This document shows positions 1 to 11,210 of a stretch of DNA of 64,000 nt, piece by piece. The stretch lies in the NCBI RefSeq assembly GCF_009834535.1, contig NC_045707.1, forward strand, positions 48,610,001 through 48,674,000, in the 5' to 3' direction. Position numbers and translations under genes: made by a program. The notes beneath the pieces were generated by a model. It was not told the DNA's origin. It saw only the letters and a list, made by a program, of their open reading frames with translations, and did no database searches. Positions within the stretch are counted from its first letter, which is position 1. Each line of letters starts with the position of its first letter. The stretch is from Camelus ferus. Its lineage: Eukaryota.

Positions 1-279
1 AGAAATGGAATCTTTGGTAGTTAATTAAGATTTGGACCCAGAAAGGCAGTGTTTGCCAAGATAATTCAGAATGGTTGTACCTAGAGCGATGGGTCCATGT
101 AAGAAAATAACCTAGTTTGTTTCAAACACACATCAGGTCCCTACCTGGGCCTCCTCAAAGTTCCTTAGGCTGAGAAGACATTGGGGCATCATGAACTCAC
201 ATGTGTATGGAAGGAAAATGTGGTAATATGACATAACAAGTGCAGAGAGAGACAAACTAGTTGCCACAGAGGGAAACTG

Positions 280-465
280 TATAGTAAAATCTCACCAGAT
301 TTGAAAATCAGAAAAGCTGAATTTGAATGTGGAGTTTTCTGCTTTTCTCTTGTATGATCTTTTTTGAGAAACACAGGTAACCACTCAGTCTTAATTTTCT
401 CAACAGTGAAGGAGGCCTACTAATACCTACTTCATAGGAGTAAATGATACTATGTATTAAAGTCC
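280..465 (+). mobile_element. MIR SINE fragment
   Basis: Degenerate MIR core: ctcagtcttaattttctcaacagtgaa...taatacctacttcatagg. Confidence 0.6.
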
Positions 466-529
466 AAAAAAAAAAAAACAGTTTTACAAATGTAAGTGAT
501 TGTAGCAACTCCAAACATAGTAATGATTA

Positions 530-610
530 CTTTTTTATTGAGAGTTTTCTATAAATCAGATACTACATTAATGCCTTTATGTACACAATCTCATTTAACT
601 ATCATCTGTA
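530..610 (-). mobile_element. MIR 3' fragment
   Basis: tttattgagagttttcta...aatgcctttatgtacacaatctcatttaa resembles the reverse MIR 3' end. Confidence 0.5.
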
Positions 611-1477
611 AATAAAATCATGCAAGAGTATCTAAAATAAATGTTGAAAACAATTCACAAAAACAAATGTGTTTATCTAAAATAATCTTTTCTAAGAAAT
701 AGTTTACCAATAATTGTTAGTAGGATGCTTTCCCAGTTCAACACAAGAGATCAAAGTTTATCCACAGGAACCATGCCTGAAGATGTAGTACATGGAAAAG
801 AAGAAATTCTCCCTTTACATAGAATTGTCTTGTTTCAAATAATTGAGTGACATGGAGGTTAAGTTTCAATGGAGATTAGAGAAAAAGATGATGGGTCAGA
901 AGTGAAGAAGGGTGTTCTACTCACTTAATGTGGTCATTGGGCTTTCTTTGGTTAGCCTACCTGTATAGTGGAGGTGAGGTTATCAGGATATCAGAGCTAG
1001 GAGCAACAGCCAGGAAGACTATTCTACAAGGTTCATCTAGATCTCTCTACTTACAAAGCAGTATTCCCATGGTATATGACTTCCCAGGTGGGCATTTTGG
1101 CAAAGAGAGAAAGAACAAACCAGCCATGGATGTTGTTACATGTCAACTAAAATTAAAGAACAGTCTGATCTACCAGACTACTTAGTTTGATTTAACCAGA
1201 AACCTCAAGGACACTTTGACATGGATTATTCAAAATATGAGCAATTCAATAAGAATTTAAGTATGGTCCTAAAATACAATGTGAAAAGAGCAATTGCCAA
1301 CATTGGTCCTTAGAGGGGCTTGCTACTGGTTGTGGCAAGAGACAGGACAACTTTGTATAACAGAAGACATCTGAGCTGAGTTGGGGAGCTAAATGGAAAG
1401 AAGTCGTGTAAATTAAGTAAGATTTAAAGAAGATTCAGATCAAATCACGGAAATTTGAAGCCACTGGGGAAGAGCTA

Positions 1478-1918
1478 GGTCTTTGTGCCTCCACATCCCT
1501 CTACATCTTGCTCTGTACCTGAAGGAGACTGACATGAAGGAGGCATTGCATCATCCTTGCTTCCCTTTCCTGTTTGGGATCAGTCAACGGGAGGCAGTAG
1601 ACACCAACAGCACAGTGGAAGAAGGGAGGAAATTGAGGCTACGGATTCAGTTGCCTCATCGTCTCTCTGGCAGGTTACTGTAGGCTGGCTTTGTCGCTCT
1701 ACTAAGGCCACACTTCTGTCCCTCTACTAAGGCCACAGTCAAACCTCTAGATGCTGGTAACAGTTCCCTCCTCATTCTTTACAAAGCCCTTGATTTTGTG
1801 GTTCCCTTCCCCCTAGTCACATTTGAGTAGACAGTGCCTTGCTTCCCTCTTTTGTAAGGCTTCCCTCAATTACCAAACTTAAGTACAACTATATTCTGAT
1901 GATATCCTGATTGGTACA
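1478..1918 (+). mobile_element. LTR33-like ERVL solo LTR
   Basis: ccctctacatcttgctctgtacc...gggatcagtcaacgggaggca...aaggccacacttctgtc, ending tcctgattggtaca (LTR33-type end ccctgactgataca). Confidence 0.7.
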
Positions 1919-2224
1919 TTTACGTAACAACACAACTGACGAAAAATCAAAAGTTCATTCTGCCCAGAGATTCTGGTGCAATTCCCAAAAGCCAGGTTTA
2001 GTTGACTTGATTTTTTTCCTCTGTTCTCTCATCTCTCCATTCTCATTGAGATGAGTGGCTATTTACTGTTACCAAGGACATGCAGAATGATTCAGAAGTT
2101 GCCATTTGAAGAACTGGCAACCTTGAAGTGAGGAAATTGTTTCATGTCAAAATTTTCTCTTATCATAGAATAGATTTCATACTCATAAATCTGTAAAAGT
2201 CCCCAGAGACCGTCTAATATTGTC

Positions 2225-2370
2225 TAGTTGTGCCTAAAACTGGCTCATGATCAAATTCATCTAGACAGCTCTCTTAAAACATATATTTCTATGTATTTCC
2301 CAAGCTCAGCAAGAGCTCCTGCATCACAGTCTCTGGGGGCAGCATCTGGACTATTGTATTTTATTTTTTA
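2225..2370. mobile_element. MER5-like hAT-Charlie remnant
   Basis: gtgcctaaaactggctcatgatcaaattcatctag...catcacagtctctgggggcagcatctggactattgtatttt. Confidence 0.45.
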
Positions 2371-2516
2371 TTACTATGTGGTTTCCTGGCTTTTGATTCC
2401 CATTTAAGGAGTGGGCAAATCAAGGGCTACTGAGGTTCTGTAACTTTCTCAAGCTCAGATAACAAGGCAGAGGTACAGTCAGAATGAGATCCATGACTCT
2501 TGACTCTCAGTTATTG

Positions 2517-2672
2517 GGGGGCAGTAGACACCAACAGCACACTGGAAGAAAGGAAGAAATCGAGGCCAGGGATTCAGTCGCCTGAATTCTCTCTGTCAGG
2601 TTACTGCAGCCTGGCTTTGTCCCTCTGCGAAAGGCCACATTTCTAACTCGGCAACCTCAAATCTCTAGATGT
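2517..2672 (+). repeat. Local duplicate of ~1589-1755, flanked by 12 bp direct repeats
   Basis: Colinear similarity to 1589-1755, including an exact 22-mer GGCAGTAGACACCAACAGCACA (1593-1614 = 2520-2541). TCTCAGTTATTG occurs at 2505-2516 and 2673-2684. Confidence 0.9.
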
Positions 2673-4623
2673 TCTCAGTTATTGAGAGCAAGGGAATTGA
2701 GAAATGGGGGAAATCAACAGAAACTTTATAAAGAGAGTTAATGCCCTAGTTTGAAAAGGTATAACACTGAGCACTAATTAAGGGAAACAAGGTTGTTTCC
2801 CAGTCTGCAAAATTTTACATTCACCAAACATTCAGCTGTATCTCAAAAAGCTTTTAGGACTCCTATCACCTCAGTATGGACCTTTTGGTAGAGTTGTTTC
2901 TTGTGATGAATATGATAACCAGCAGTTCGCCCACTCTATTTACATCCTAGGATTGCAATTCCACAGGAAGGACTCAGTGTTCTGATAAGTGATGGAAATA
3001 ATCATTTCATAAATCAGAAGATAATCCTGAGCCTTGCTTTGAAGTCTCACTGATGTTTTCCAATTCATTTCCTAAGGAGAGAAAACCTGCCAAAGTCTTC
3101 CAAGAAGATAAATAATATTTGGCCAGTGGAAGTCCAGAGTCTGAAGACAATCAACTGATCAGATATTTTATACCAGAAAAATCATACAAAATCCTTTAGT
3201 TTATAAAAGAGTTTCTTCTCCCACAATCCTTATCAACAATAAAAAAAATAAATAAATACAGTCTCTCTTCACTGATGAAGTAAGAATAGAATCAAAAAGA
3301 GAAGTGACCCATTGGTTCCAGTTTGGATGAACTTCTCACAGCAGACATTTGTTGGCTTCAACTATCTAAAACCAGAGGAGGAAGAAGATTCTCCAACAGC
3401 AAAATCTCATTTGAAGCTAGCCAATTTATCTTAGCCTCTGCTGCTTATCTCTTCGTCAGTTTAGGCTATCTGAGCATGGTTGAGAGGCATGCTGGGGGTT
3501 TCCCAGGGCAGTCGGGAGGTCTGGTCAGTCTGCTTTGGTGAGAGTCCTGAGATCTGAGATATCCTTCATCAGTACTGATTAGCCTCACTGGGACCAGTTG
3601 AGTCTAAAGCTTTATTCACCCCCACACTCTCTTCTGAGTGTTCTGGGTTGCAGTTGCTTCTTAGATATGATTTCCAAATTCACTAGTAACTTCAAAACTT
3701 ACCAATACAGATGTCTGTCTGAATTTATAGAAGAACTGTGATGATGCATCTTAGAAGAACACTAGTTGCAGTTGCAAAATGCTTTGGTTAAAAGAAAGTA
3801 GACAAATATAGTATTTTTGGTCAGTATTTAACAATAAGCTATTCTGAATGTTTGGTTATATGGTAGTATTTTAAGAAAATATGTTCACCTAATGAGAAAA
3901 CAACATAGAAACTGGAAATCATGTAATTTACTAAACTAAGACCTTAATTTTTCTTTTAATTCTCTCATTCTTTAAAGTTTGAAATCCCATGACTCTCTAG
4001 AACGATCTCAGATATTCTTAAAGACTTCGAATGGCATTCTAAGCAATTCTTAATTTTAGTCTCTTTATAAAGAGGATATTTGAGCTCTGAAATTTTATAT
4101 AGTATATCTGCAGAGGCTAACACAGTGTGCAAACTACAGATGCTCCCAAAATAGAAAATCTGTATACATTAGGACGGGAGATATCTCTGTCACTTTTATT
4201 TAAGAGTTTTAACCAAAAATGCCATTTTGGCCCCATGAAGTCACTAATGCTCTCTCCCAACTTGGGAAACTTGAGGCTTCAAGCTTGGGGATTGAGGGGG
4301 AGGAGATATAGAAAGTATTTTTCCGTAAACCAAAAAACACTGAGAAATTTAATGGGCTATTTTTATATGGAAAATTCTCATTCTATACCATTATTGATCT
4401 GAGATAAATGCAACGAGAATGCTTTAAACATTTTAAGATCATATTCATTGTCTTTTACAATTTGTCTATTTTTAAATGACAGGAAGATTTTAAAGTTGTT
4501 TTAGAACTCCAAGTTTTAAATTCTTTCCATTTGGCATTACAACTGAATCCTAATCTTCATTCTTTGATTTTTTTTTTTTCTTTCAAAAAATACAATTAAT
4601 CATTAATAATCTCCTTTCTCCAG

Positions 4624-5065
4624 TGTCTTAGATTGGGCTTCCTAGGAGCAGAACTGGAGACAGGAATTCAGATGGCACTATTTAATCAGCAGAGAACCTT
4701 CCAGAGAAGGGAATGAGGGGAGCAGGACAGGGCAGGAGGAGGAGCTAAACTAGGATGAAGACTCAGCTGGAGATGCTTCAGCCTGATCCCATGGAGAGCA
4801 TTGAAGCATACATTGTACCTCCCACCAGGTACCTCATTGAGACAGTGCTGCACCATTTTTATCCCTGGTCAGTCCGTCACTAGCTGTGGGTTGTAGAAGG
4901 GTACAGTGGGGTGGGCATTGCCATGCAAGCTAGGCAGTACTAGATTAAGGGGAGAAGTTCTCCAGAGAAGGGGCTAGCTATTAGCAGCTGTTGGTTCAGG
5001 AACTGGCGGCTGGTGCCACAGCTGGCAAAGTGGGTCAGGGTGTGACAACACTACCACCATCTACC
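4624..5065 (-). mobile_element. ERVL solo LTR (LTR16-like)
   Basis: tgtcttagattgggcttcctaggagcagaactggagacaggaattc...cttcagcctgatcccatggagagc matches the reverse 3' end of LTR16-type elements. Confidence 0.65.
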
Positions 5066-5339
5066 CAGACAAACAGAACTCTTACTTGTTCTGGGCTAAA
5101 TTTAAAGTAGCTGTTTTATTGGTTTAATGGAGTATTTATGACACAGCTATGTTTTTCAGTTTAATTATTTATTAATCAAATTAAAAGAAGACCTCACCTT
5201 TGTCTGACAGAATGACGCTAGATTTGATTTCCAGTTTTTTCTATAGTGCCAAAAAAAAAAAAAAAAACCAAAACAGTAACTTGACTTTCCTAGGCTTCAT
5301 TCTTCCAATGTATGAGTAAAATTATGGTAACTTTCAAAA

Positions 5340-5535
5340 GTATAAGAATTAGCAGTTTGTTTCAGGTGTACAACATGGTGATTCAACATTTGTATACATA
5401 GCAAAATGGTCACCACAGTAAGCCTAATTACCACCTGTCACCTTACAAAATTAATACACAGTGTTATTGGCTGTTTTCTCATGCTGTACATTACATCCCC
5501 GTGACATTTATTTTATAACTGGAAGTTTGGAGACT
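5340..5535 (-). mobile_element. L1 3' UTR fragment (L1MA9-like)
   Basis: tttcaggtgtacaacatggtgattcaacatttgtatac...atgctgtacattacatccccgtgac...ttataactggaagtttg. Confidence 0.8.
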
Positions 5536-5729
5536 TCCAAAAAAAAAAATAATTAGCAATTCGATCTCCTTCAATATGAAGAGAGATTAACATTTCAGGA
5601 ATTACTGGTTCTGTAAATGGTCCTGAGATAGCCTCCATTCTATTTATAGGATAGAAATTCAAAACCACTGGGGCAGGAATAACTGGCATAGAGTATTTGC
5701 ATTGTGCAAAGAGCATTGTTTCTTTGCAT

Positions 5730-5900
5730 TTGAAATCACTTTTAACACTCTCAGTGTCACCTTCCAAGCAGAGATTGTGATTCCCCATTCTAAAAGGGGA
5801 AATTGAGGCTCAGAAATTTTGAGTGGCTCACCTGAAATCATTCAGCAAGTAGGAAGAGCCAAGATTTGAACACAGAGTTGAAATATTCTCACTAGAATCA
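5730..5900 (-). mobile_element. MIR
   Basis: attccccattctaaaaggggaaattgaggctcagaaa...agagccaagatttgaac. Confidence 0.75.
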
Positions 5901-6829
5901 GGCGTCTTGCTCTTTTTTTCCCCCAGTATTCTGATCAGTAAACTACCTTCCTAATTTGGATAAACTGCTTATACTAAGAATATATTCTCAGCAAATTCCT
6001 CTTGGTAACAAGATGATTGTCATGTACTTTAGCTTATGGTCTTACAGCAAGTGTCAGAGAAGTACAGTGGTCAGGTTCTTTCAGATGTTTAGAACACACT
6101 TCTGGTTAATAATTGTGTATCACTGGCCCAAAGCCTAGCACTTCCTAGAAATTCAATCCCTCCAATGTTGTCTTTTTCAAAGACCATGCAACAGGACCCT
6201 AAACAAATCATGCTTTCAGATACTCAAAGAAGAGAAGGAAGCTGTTTCTATATCTCATCTCCCCCTTCAATGAATTGTTTTTTTAGCCCTTTTGTTCCCC
6301 AGTGAGTTGATGATCTCTTCACCTTTTTTCCGGGTTCTCAGTGTTGGGAGCTAAAAATGGAACCTCATTCATGTGTTCAGCATGATTAAAAAGAAAGACA
6401 TGGGTACAATAGCCCCCCGAAGAATTCTGTTTGAAATGCAAACATTGCCTATTGAGGCCATTTACTTTATGACTCATAAAGAATACCAGGTCTGTTACTT
6501 TCCATATTTCCTTACCAGTGTTTCTCCTACTGATTTTTCAGCTTTGTATGCATTTTTCAGTTGCTATATTTAACTTCTTCCTGCAATCCTCATACCTCTT
6601 TAATTACTCTGTCAGGATTATTCTGAGGGAGAGGGTCGGGTGATGATGTGGGTAGCAGAGAGGGTTTGGCTGTCTCTTTATATGCCCTGTGGGAGGTATC
6701 TGGCCCAATTGTTGGTGCCTCCTTAACTGATGTGTTCGTTGAATGTGGGAGACACAATAGCTCTTTTTCCTCAGCTTCGGGCCCTAGTAATCAACTCCAG
6801 GGCAATAAGAAACATCACAACGGTTTTGT

Positions 6830-6965
6830 CATAAATATCTTATTTAACTTCCCCCAAATCCATCTTTCCTTCAGGAAAACTGAAGCTTAGAAAGTTTAAG
6901 CAGTTTGTCTAAAGTCACACAGATGGTGGTGGTAGATTTGTTGCTCAAGTTAAGGCCTGACTGGC
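6830..6965 (-). mobile_element. MIR
   Basis: ggaaaactgaagcttagaaagtttaagcagtttgtctaaagtcacacag. Confidence 0.7.
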
Positions 6966-7769
6966 TCTAGGAAACACACACGTTCAATAACTGTGACTCC
7001 AGAGAGGCACATGATTTCTTGGGGAACATCTCTGTGGATTTTAGTATAATTTGTTAGGTAAGATATTAGATTATAAAATATGCAGACATCTAGGCCTGCC
7101 TCTATATTCCAGGAGACAGAACTAAGAGATCAGATGGGGACCTCTGACCCAGGCCCTATCCCCCTTTTATTCCACACCTGCCTCTATCCTCCACCATGAG
7201 GAATCTCCAGCTGTATCTTGGGCCTGGAGTACTCTCAGTAGGATGGATCTGGAAAAGGGGTCTGTGTAAATCCTAGAAGCAATCTCAGGAAATTTTGGCA
7301 GGGAAATTCAGGGTCCTAAGTACCTGGAGGAAGGTCTAGGAAGAGGGGGAGTGTGGGTAACAGACGGTCATGTATCAGGTACCTTTGTCCCATCAACTCC
7401 TCCCTAACGGAGAGAAGTGCAGCGGGCAGGGCAGGGCAGCAGGAAGGAGGCCAGGCCAGGGGCCCCAGTGCCTGTGCTGAGGGCAGTACTGAATCTCGTG
7501 CTGTAGGACACCTGCCGTCACAAACTAGCACAGCTCGTGGAGTTAGTACGCCATCAAAAGTACAACGTGTTAAACCTAAGCTGTGTCTAATATGCTAGTG
7601 TGAAGCACACCTGACTGCAGTGAAGTGTACTCCCTCTTCTGATGTGAATATGTGGCCAGGGAGGGATGGCCGTATCAGTGGGTTGGCATTCTAAAGAGAG
7701 TAAGTAGTTTGTTAATAAAAAAAAAAGGTCCAGAGTATTCTTTTCAGCTGCTAGTCATAAAATGTCTTT

Positions 7770-8058
7770 AACTAAATATTTATGTAGCCACTTTTTGCTG
7801 GAAACTGGAGTTATGTAGGAAATAATAAAGAGAGTGGTATTAATAGCAACATAAGGAAGATGACCTACTGTGTGCTAGGCTCTGGGTACATCTGCAGATA
7901 CTGAGGTTACATTTTTAACCAAGCAGACCTGATTCCTGGTCTTATGGAAACTTTCAGCCTGCAAGTATGTAACAGACATTTAAAAATGACTTCTGCATGT
8001 AAATAATTATAGTTGTGGTAAGTGCTATTGAGAAATTTTAGAGTCCTATGAGGGTTTA
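7770..8058 (-). mobile_element. L2 3' fragment(s)
   Basis: ctactgtgtgctaggctctggg...gcagacctgattcctggtcttatggaa...gtggtaagtgctattgag. Confidence 0.6.
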
Positions 8059-8439
8059 TGTTATGGGCTGAATTATGTCCCTTCAAAATTCATATGTTGA
8101 ACTCCTAACCTCCTATAACTCAGAATGTGTATTTGGAGATAAAGTATTTGAAGAAGAAATTAAGAAATGAGGTCATTAGGGTGGACCCTAATCCAATCCG
8201 AGTGGTGTTCTAATAAGAAGAGGAAATTTGGACAGACACATACAGAGAAAAGTTGATGTGAAGGTACAGGGAGAAGACGGCCATCTACAAGTCAGGGAGA
8301 GCGGTCTCAGGAGAAACTAGCCCTGCTGACATCTTGCTGCTGAGATTGTAGTTTCCGGAGCTGTGAGAAAATAAACCTCTGCTGTTTAAGCCCTCCAGTC
8401 TGTGATACTTTGTTATAGCTGCTGTAACAAAGTAATACA
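8059..8439 (+). mobile_element. MLT1B/MLT1A-type MaLR solo LTR, full length
   Basis: Starts tgttatgggctgaattatgtcccttcaaaattcatatgttgaa, contains AATAAA, ends aacaaagtaataca (TG...CA termini). Confidence 0.9.
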
Positions 8440-8971
8440 GCGTGTAACACAGAATCCATGTCCAGTAAGGGATGGCTAAAATAAGACATTTTTGAGGATG
8501 CCTTCTAAATAGAGACCCAAAGAAGAAATAAGTCTTCATCTAGATGTAAGTAGAAGAAAACAGAAGAAATCTGAATCAGGGATGAACTGTGAAAAAAGGA
8601 AGTTGAACCACGATAAGAAAGAGGTGGAATGGCCTTTAAACAGTTATTGGGGTTGGTGTAAACTGAAGGCAGTTGAGCTATAGTGCAAAGTTCACTTTCC
8701 CAGCCCAGTCCTTGGCCAGCTACAGAGCCTTAGCTTCCTTGTTTATGCATGGGCATGCCTTAGTAAGTTACTGTGAGAATGAAAGTCAAGGCTTTGTTCT
8801 TTGTTTTCTGGTATGAAGAAAGAGGAGAGAGAGAGAAAGGACTTTTGAATAACTGACTGAGCACATCACTTTGTATAAATAGTAGTAGTGCCCTAATAGT
8901 ACTTTTACAAGAAAATTTTACATGAGTATCAGAATCTAGGAATCCTACGCCTTGCTTTTTCCAGTGTATAT

Positions 8972-9008
8972 TTATCGCCACCTAGTGGCAGGATTCTGAA
9001 TTGTACTA
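8972..9008 (-). promoter_or_regulatory. CTCF motif, reverse orientation
   Basis: Minus strand reads TGCCACTAGGTGGCGA (8990-8975), matching CCASYAGRKGGCR. TACAATTC 17 nt upstream resembles the ZF9-11 upstream module. Confidence 0.75.
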
Positions 9009-9189
9009 GCATACTCTTGAAAAATAAGTTGTTCACACAACAGAGATTTCAAGTCATTCTCAACATGGATTTATTTACTTGTTTATTCTACAACTATTCG
9101 TTTAATCTGTCTTATGTATCCAGGACTGTTTTTTGTGGGGGACTCAACTAACCTGAGTTCTGTATCCTGATTTACACATACCCAATGAT

Positions 9190-9435
9190 GTCAATAGCCA
9201 CCATTTATTGAGCACTTACTATGTCCTGAGCCCTGGGCCAGGCAGCTTTTGTCCATTATCTCATTTGAATTTGACAACCAAGTTAAGAATTGTTATTCTT
9301 TTCCTCAAATGAGGAATCTGAGGCTCAGAAAGGTAAGATATTTTGCCCACATTTAGTCAGTTAGTTGAAGAACTGCAGTTCAGTCCTAACCTGCCTGGTA
9401 AAAGATTCATGTTTATTCTGCTTTACCACACAGTA
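9190..9435 (-). mobile_element. MIR, near full length
   Basis: ccatttattgagcacttactatgtcc...aaatgaggaatctgaggctcagaaaggtaag. Confidence 0.85.
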
Positions 9436-9579
9436 CCTTAAACAAGTCATTCATAAATATATTTATTGAACATATATTACCCTGTTTAGTTTATATATTT
9501 ATTTAAGATGTGTGTGTGTGTGTATCTGTGTGTATCAACTATTATACCAGGGACAGTATTAGATAAGGGTGCATCTGTA

Positions 9580-10100
9580 CATTCACAGAGTATTTATTAA
9601 GCACCTGCTATTTGCCATACATTATGCTGAATGCTGACAATACAGTGGTTGGCAAAAATATGTGAACCTTGTCCTCAATGTGTTTAGGGCCAAGTAGAGC
9701 AGAAGGACATTAATCAAATAATCACACTAATAAGAATGTATGCACAATTACAATCTAGAATATACTTTATTAGGAATGAAAGTTCAAGTGTGTGTATATG
9801 TATGTAAGAAAATCTAACTGCTCTTAAAAGTCCAAAACAGGTTTCCCCAAGGATACACTGTTTCAGCTGAGATCTGAAGAATGAAAATAACTTAAATGTA
9901 TGTATTTAGAGAAGGCAGTGGCAGGGGCATGTGGGTAGGTGAGAGGAGTGTTCCAGACAGCAGGGACAGCATGTGTAAATGCCCCGTGGTAGAAGGGAAA
10001 AATGCATAGCCAGGTAAGAGAGAAAAGAGGTAGTGTAGGGCCAAATGTGACTGGAGAATAAGAGAAATAGGTAGATAAGCTAGAAGACCACTCCAAAGAT
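9580..10100 (-). mobile_element. L2 3' region
   Basis: cattcacagagtatttattaagcacctgcta...tttcagctgagatctgaagaatga...gttccagacagcagggacagcatgtgtaaatgccc. Confidence 0.8.
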
Positions 10101-10446
10101 TCACCTATGATTCAGTGTATTTTCACCAGTATTATAGCACAGGAACTCTCCATCTGCACCTAGCTATTGTAAAGGGAAGTCCTCCAATGCTGGGGGAAAG
10201 AAAAGTTAGTAGAGACCCAGGGCAACCTCAGTGTACGGTCCTTACTGGGGCTGAGCCTGGGCATTTGGCCATATGCTGACTCAATTTCCCTACAGTCTCT
10301 GGAAATACAAGCAGCGTCTTTCATGAGTGACTCTATTCTATGGCACTTTTCATTCATGCCCATGTGGCCCCTTCATATCCACTCCAATAAACAGAACCCC
10401 AACATCATCACTCCTCTTATCTCTACCCTCTGTGTATTTTCTTTCT

Positions 10447-11210
10447 TTTTAAGTGAACTAGGGTTAATTTACAATGTTGCAGGTGTAAAGCAAAGCGATT
10501 CAGTTGTGTACATATATATATTCTTTTTCAGGTTCCTTTTCATTATAGGTTATTACAAGATTTTGAATACAGTTCCCTGTCCTATACAGTAGGACCTTGT
10601 TGTTTATCTGTTTTATCTTTAGTAGTGAGTATCTGTTAATCCCAAATTCCTAATTTGTCCTTCCCTGTCCCTTTCTCCTTTGGAAACCGTAAGTTTGTTT
10701 TCTGTGTCTATGAGTCTATTTCTGTTTTGTAAATAAGTTCATTTGTACCATTTTTAGGTTGATTCTATATATAATTGATAGTATATGATATTTATCTTTC
10801 CCTGTCTGACTTACTTCCTTTAGTATGATAATCTCCAGGTCCATCCATGTTGCTGCAAATGGAATTATTTCATTATTTTTTATAGCGGAGTAATATTCCA
10901 TTGTGTGTGTGTGTGTATGTATATATGTATATACACACACATCACATCTTTATCCATTCCTCTGTCAGTGGACATTTAGATTGCTTCCATGTCTTGGCTG
11001 TTGTATATATAGTGCTGTATGAACATTGGGGTGCACATGTCTTTTCAAATTAGTTTTTGTCTTTTCTGTATATATGCCCAGGAGTGGGATTTCTGTATTA
11101 TATGGTAACTCTATTTTTAGTTTTTTAAGGAACCTCCATACTGTTCTTCATAGTGGCTGCACCAATTTACATTCCCACCAACAGTGCAGGAGGGTCCTCT
11201 TTTCTTCACC
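10447..11210 (-). mobile_element. 5'-truncated cetartiodactyl-type L1 (ORF2 C-terminus plus 3' UTR)
   Basis: ORF 10716-10940 gives MEYYSAIKNNEIIPFAATWMDLEIIILKEVSQ, as in L1 ORF2. 3' UTR ggttattacaagattttgaatacagttccctgtcctatacagtagg. Confidence 0.92.

Noticed and set aside
7316..7620. GC-richer patch with ORFs on both strands as an exon or CpG island
   Set aside because: Too short and too CpG-poor for an island. Peptides are unrecognisable and there is no clean acceptor/donor pair.
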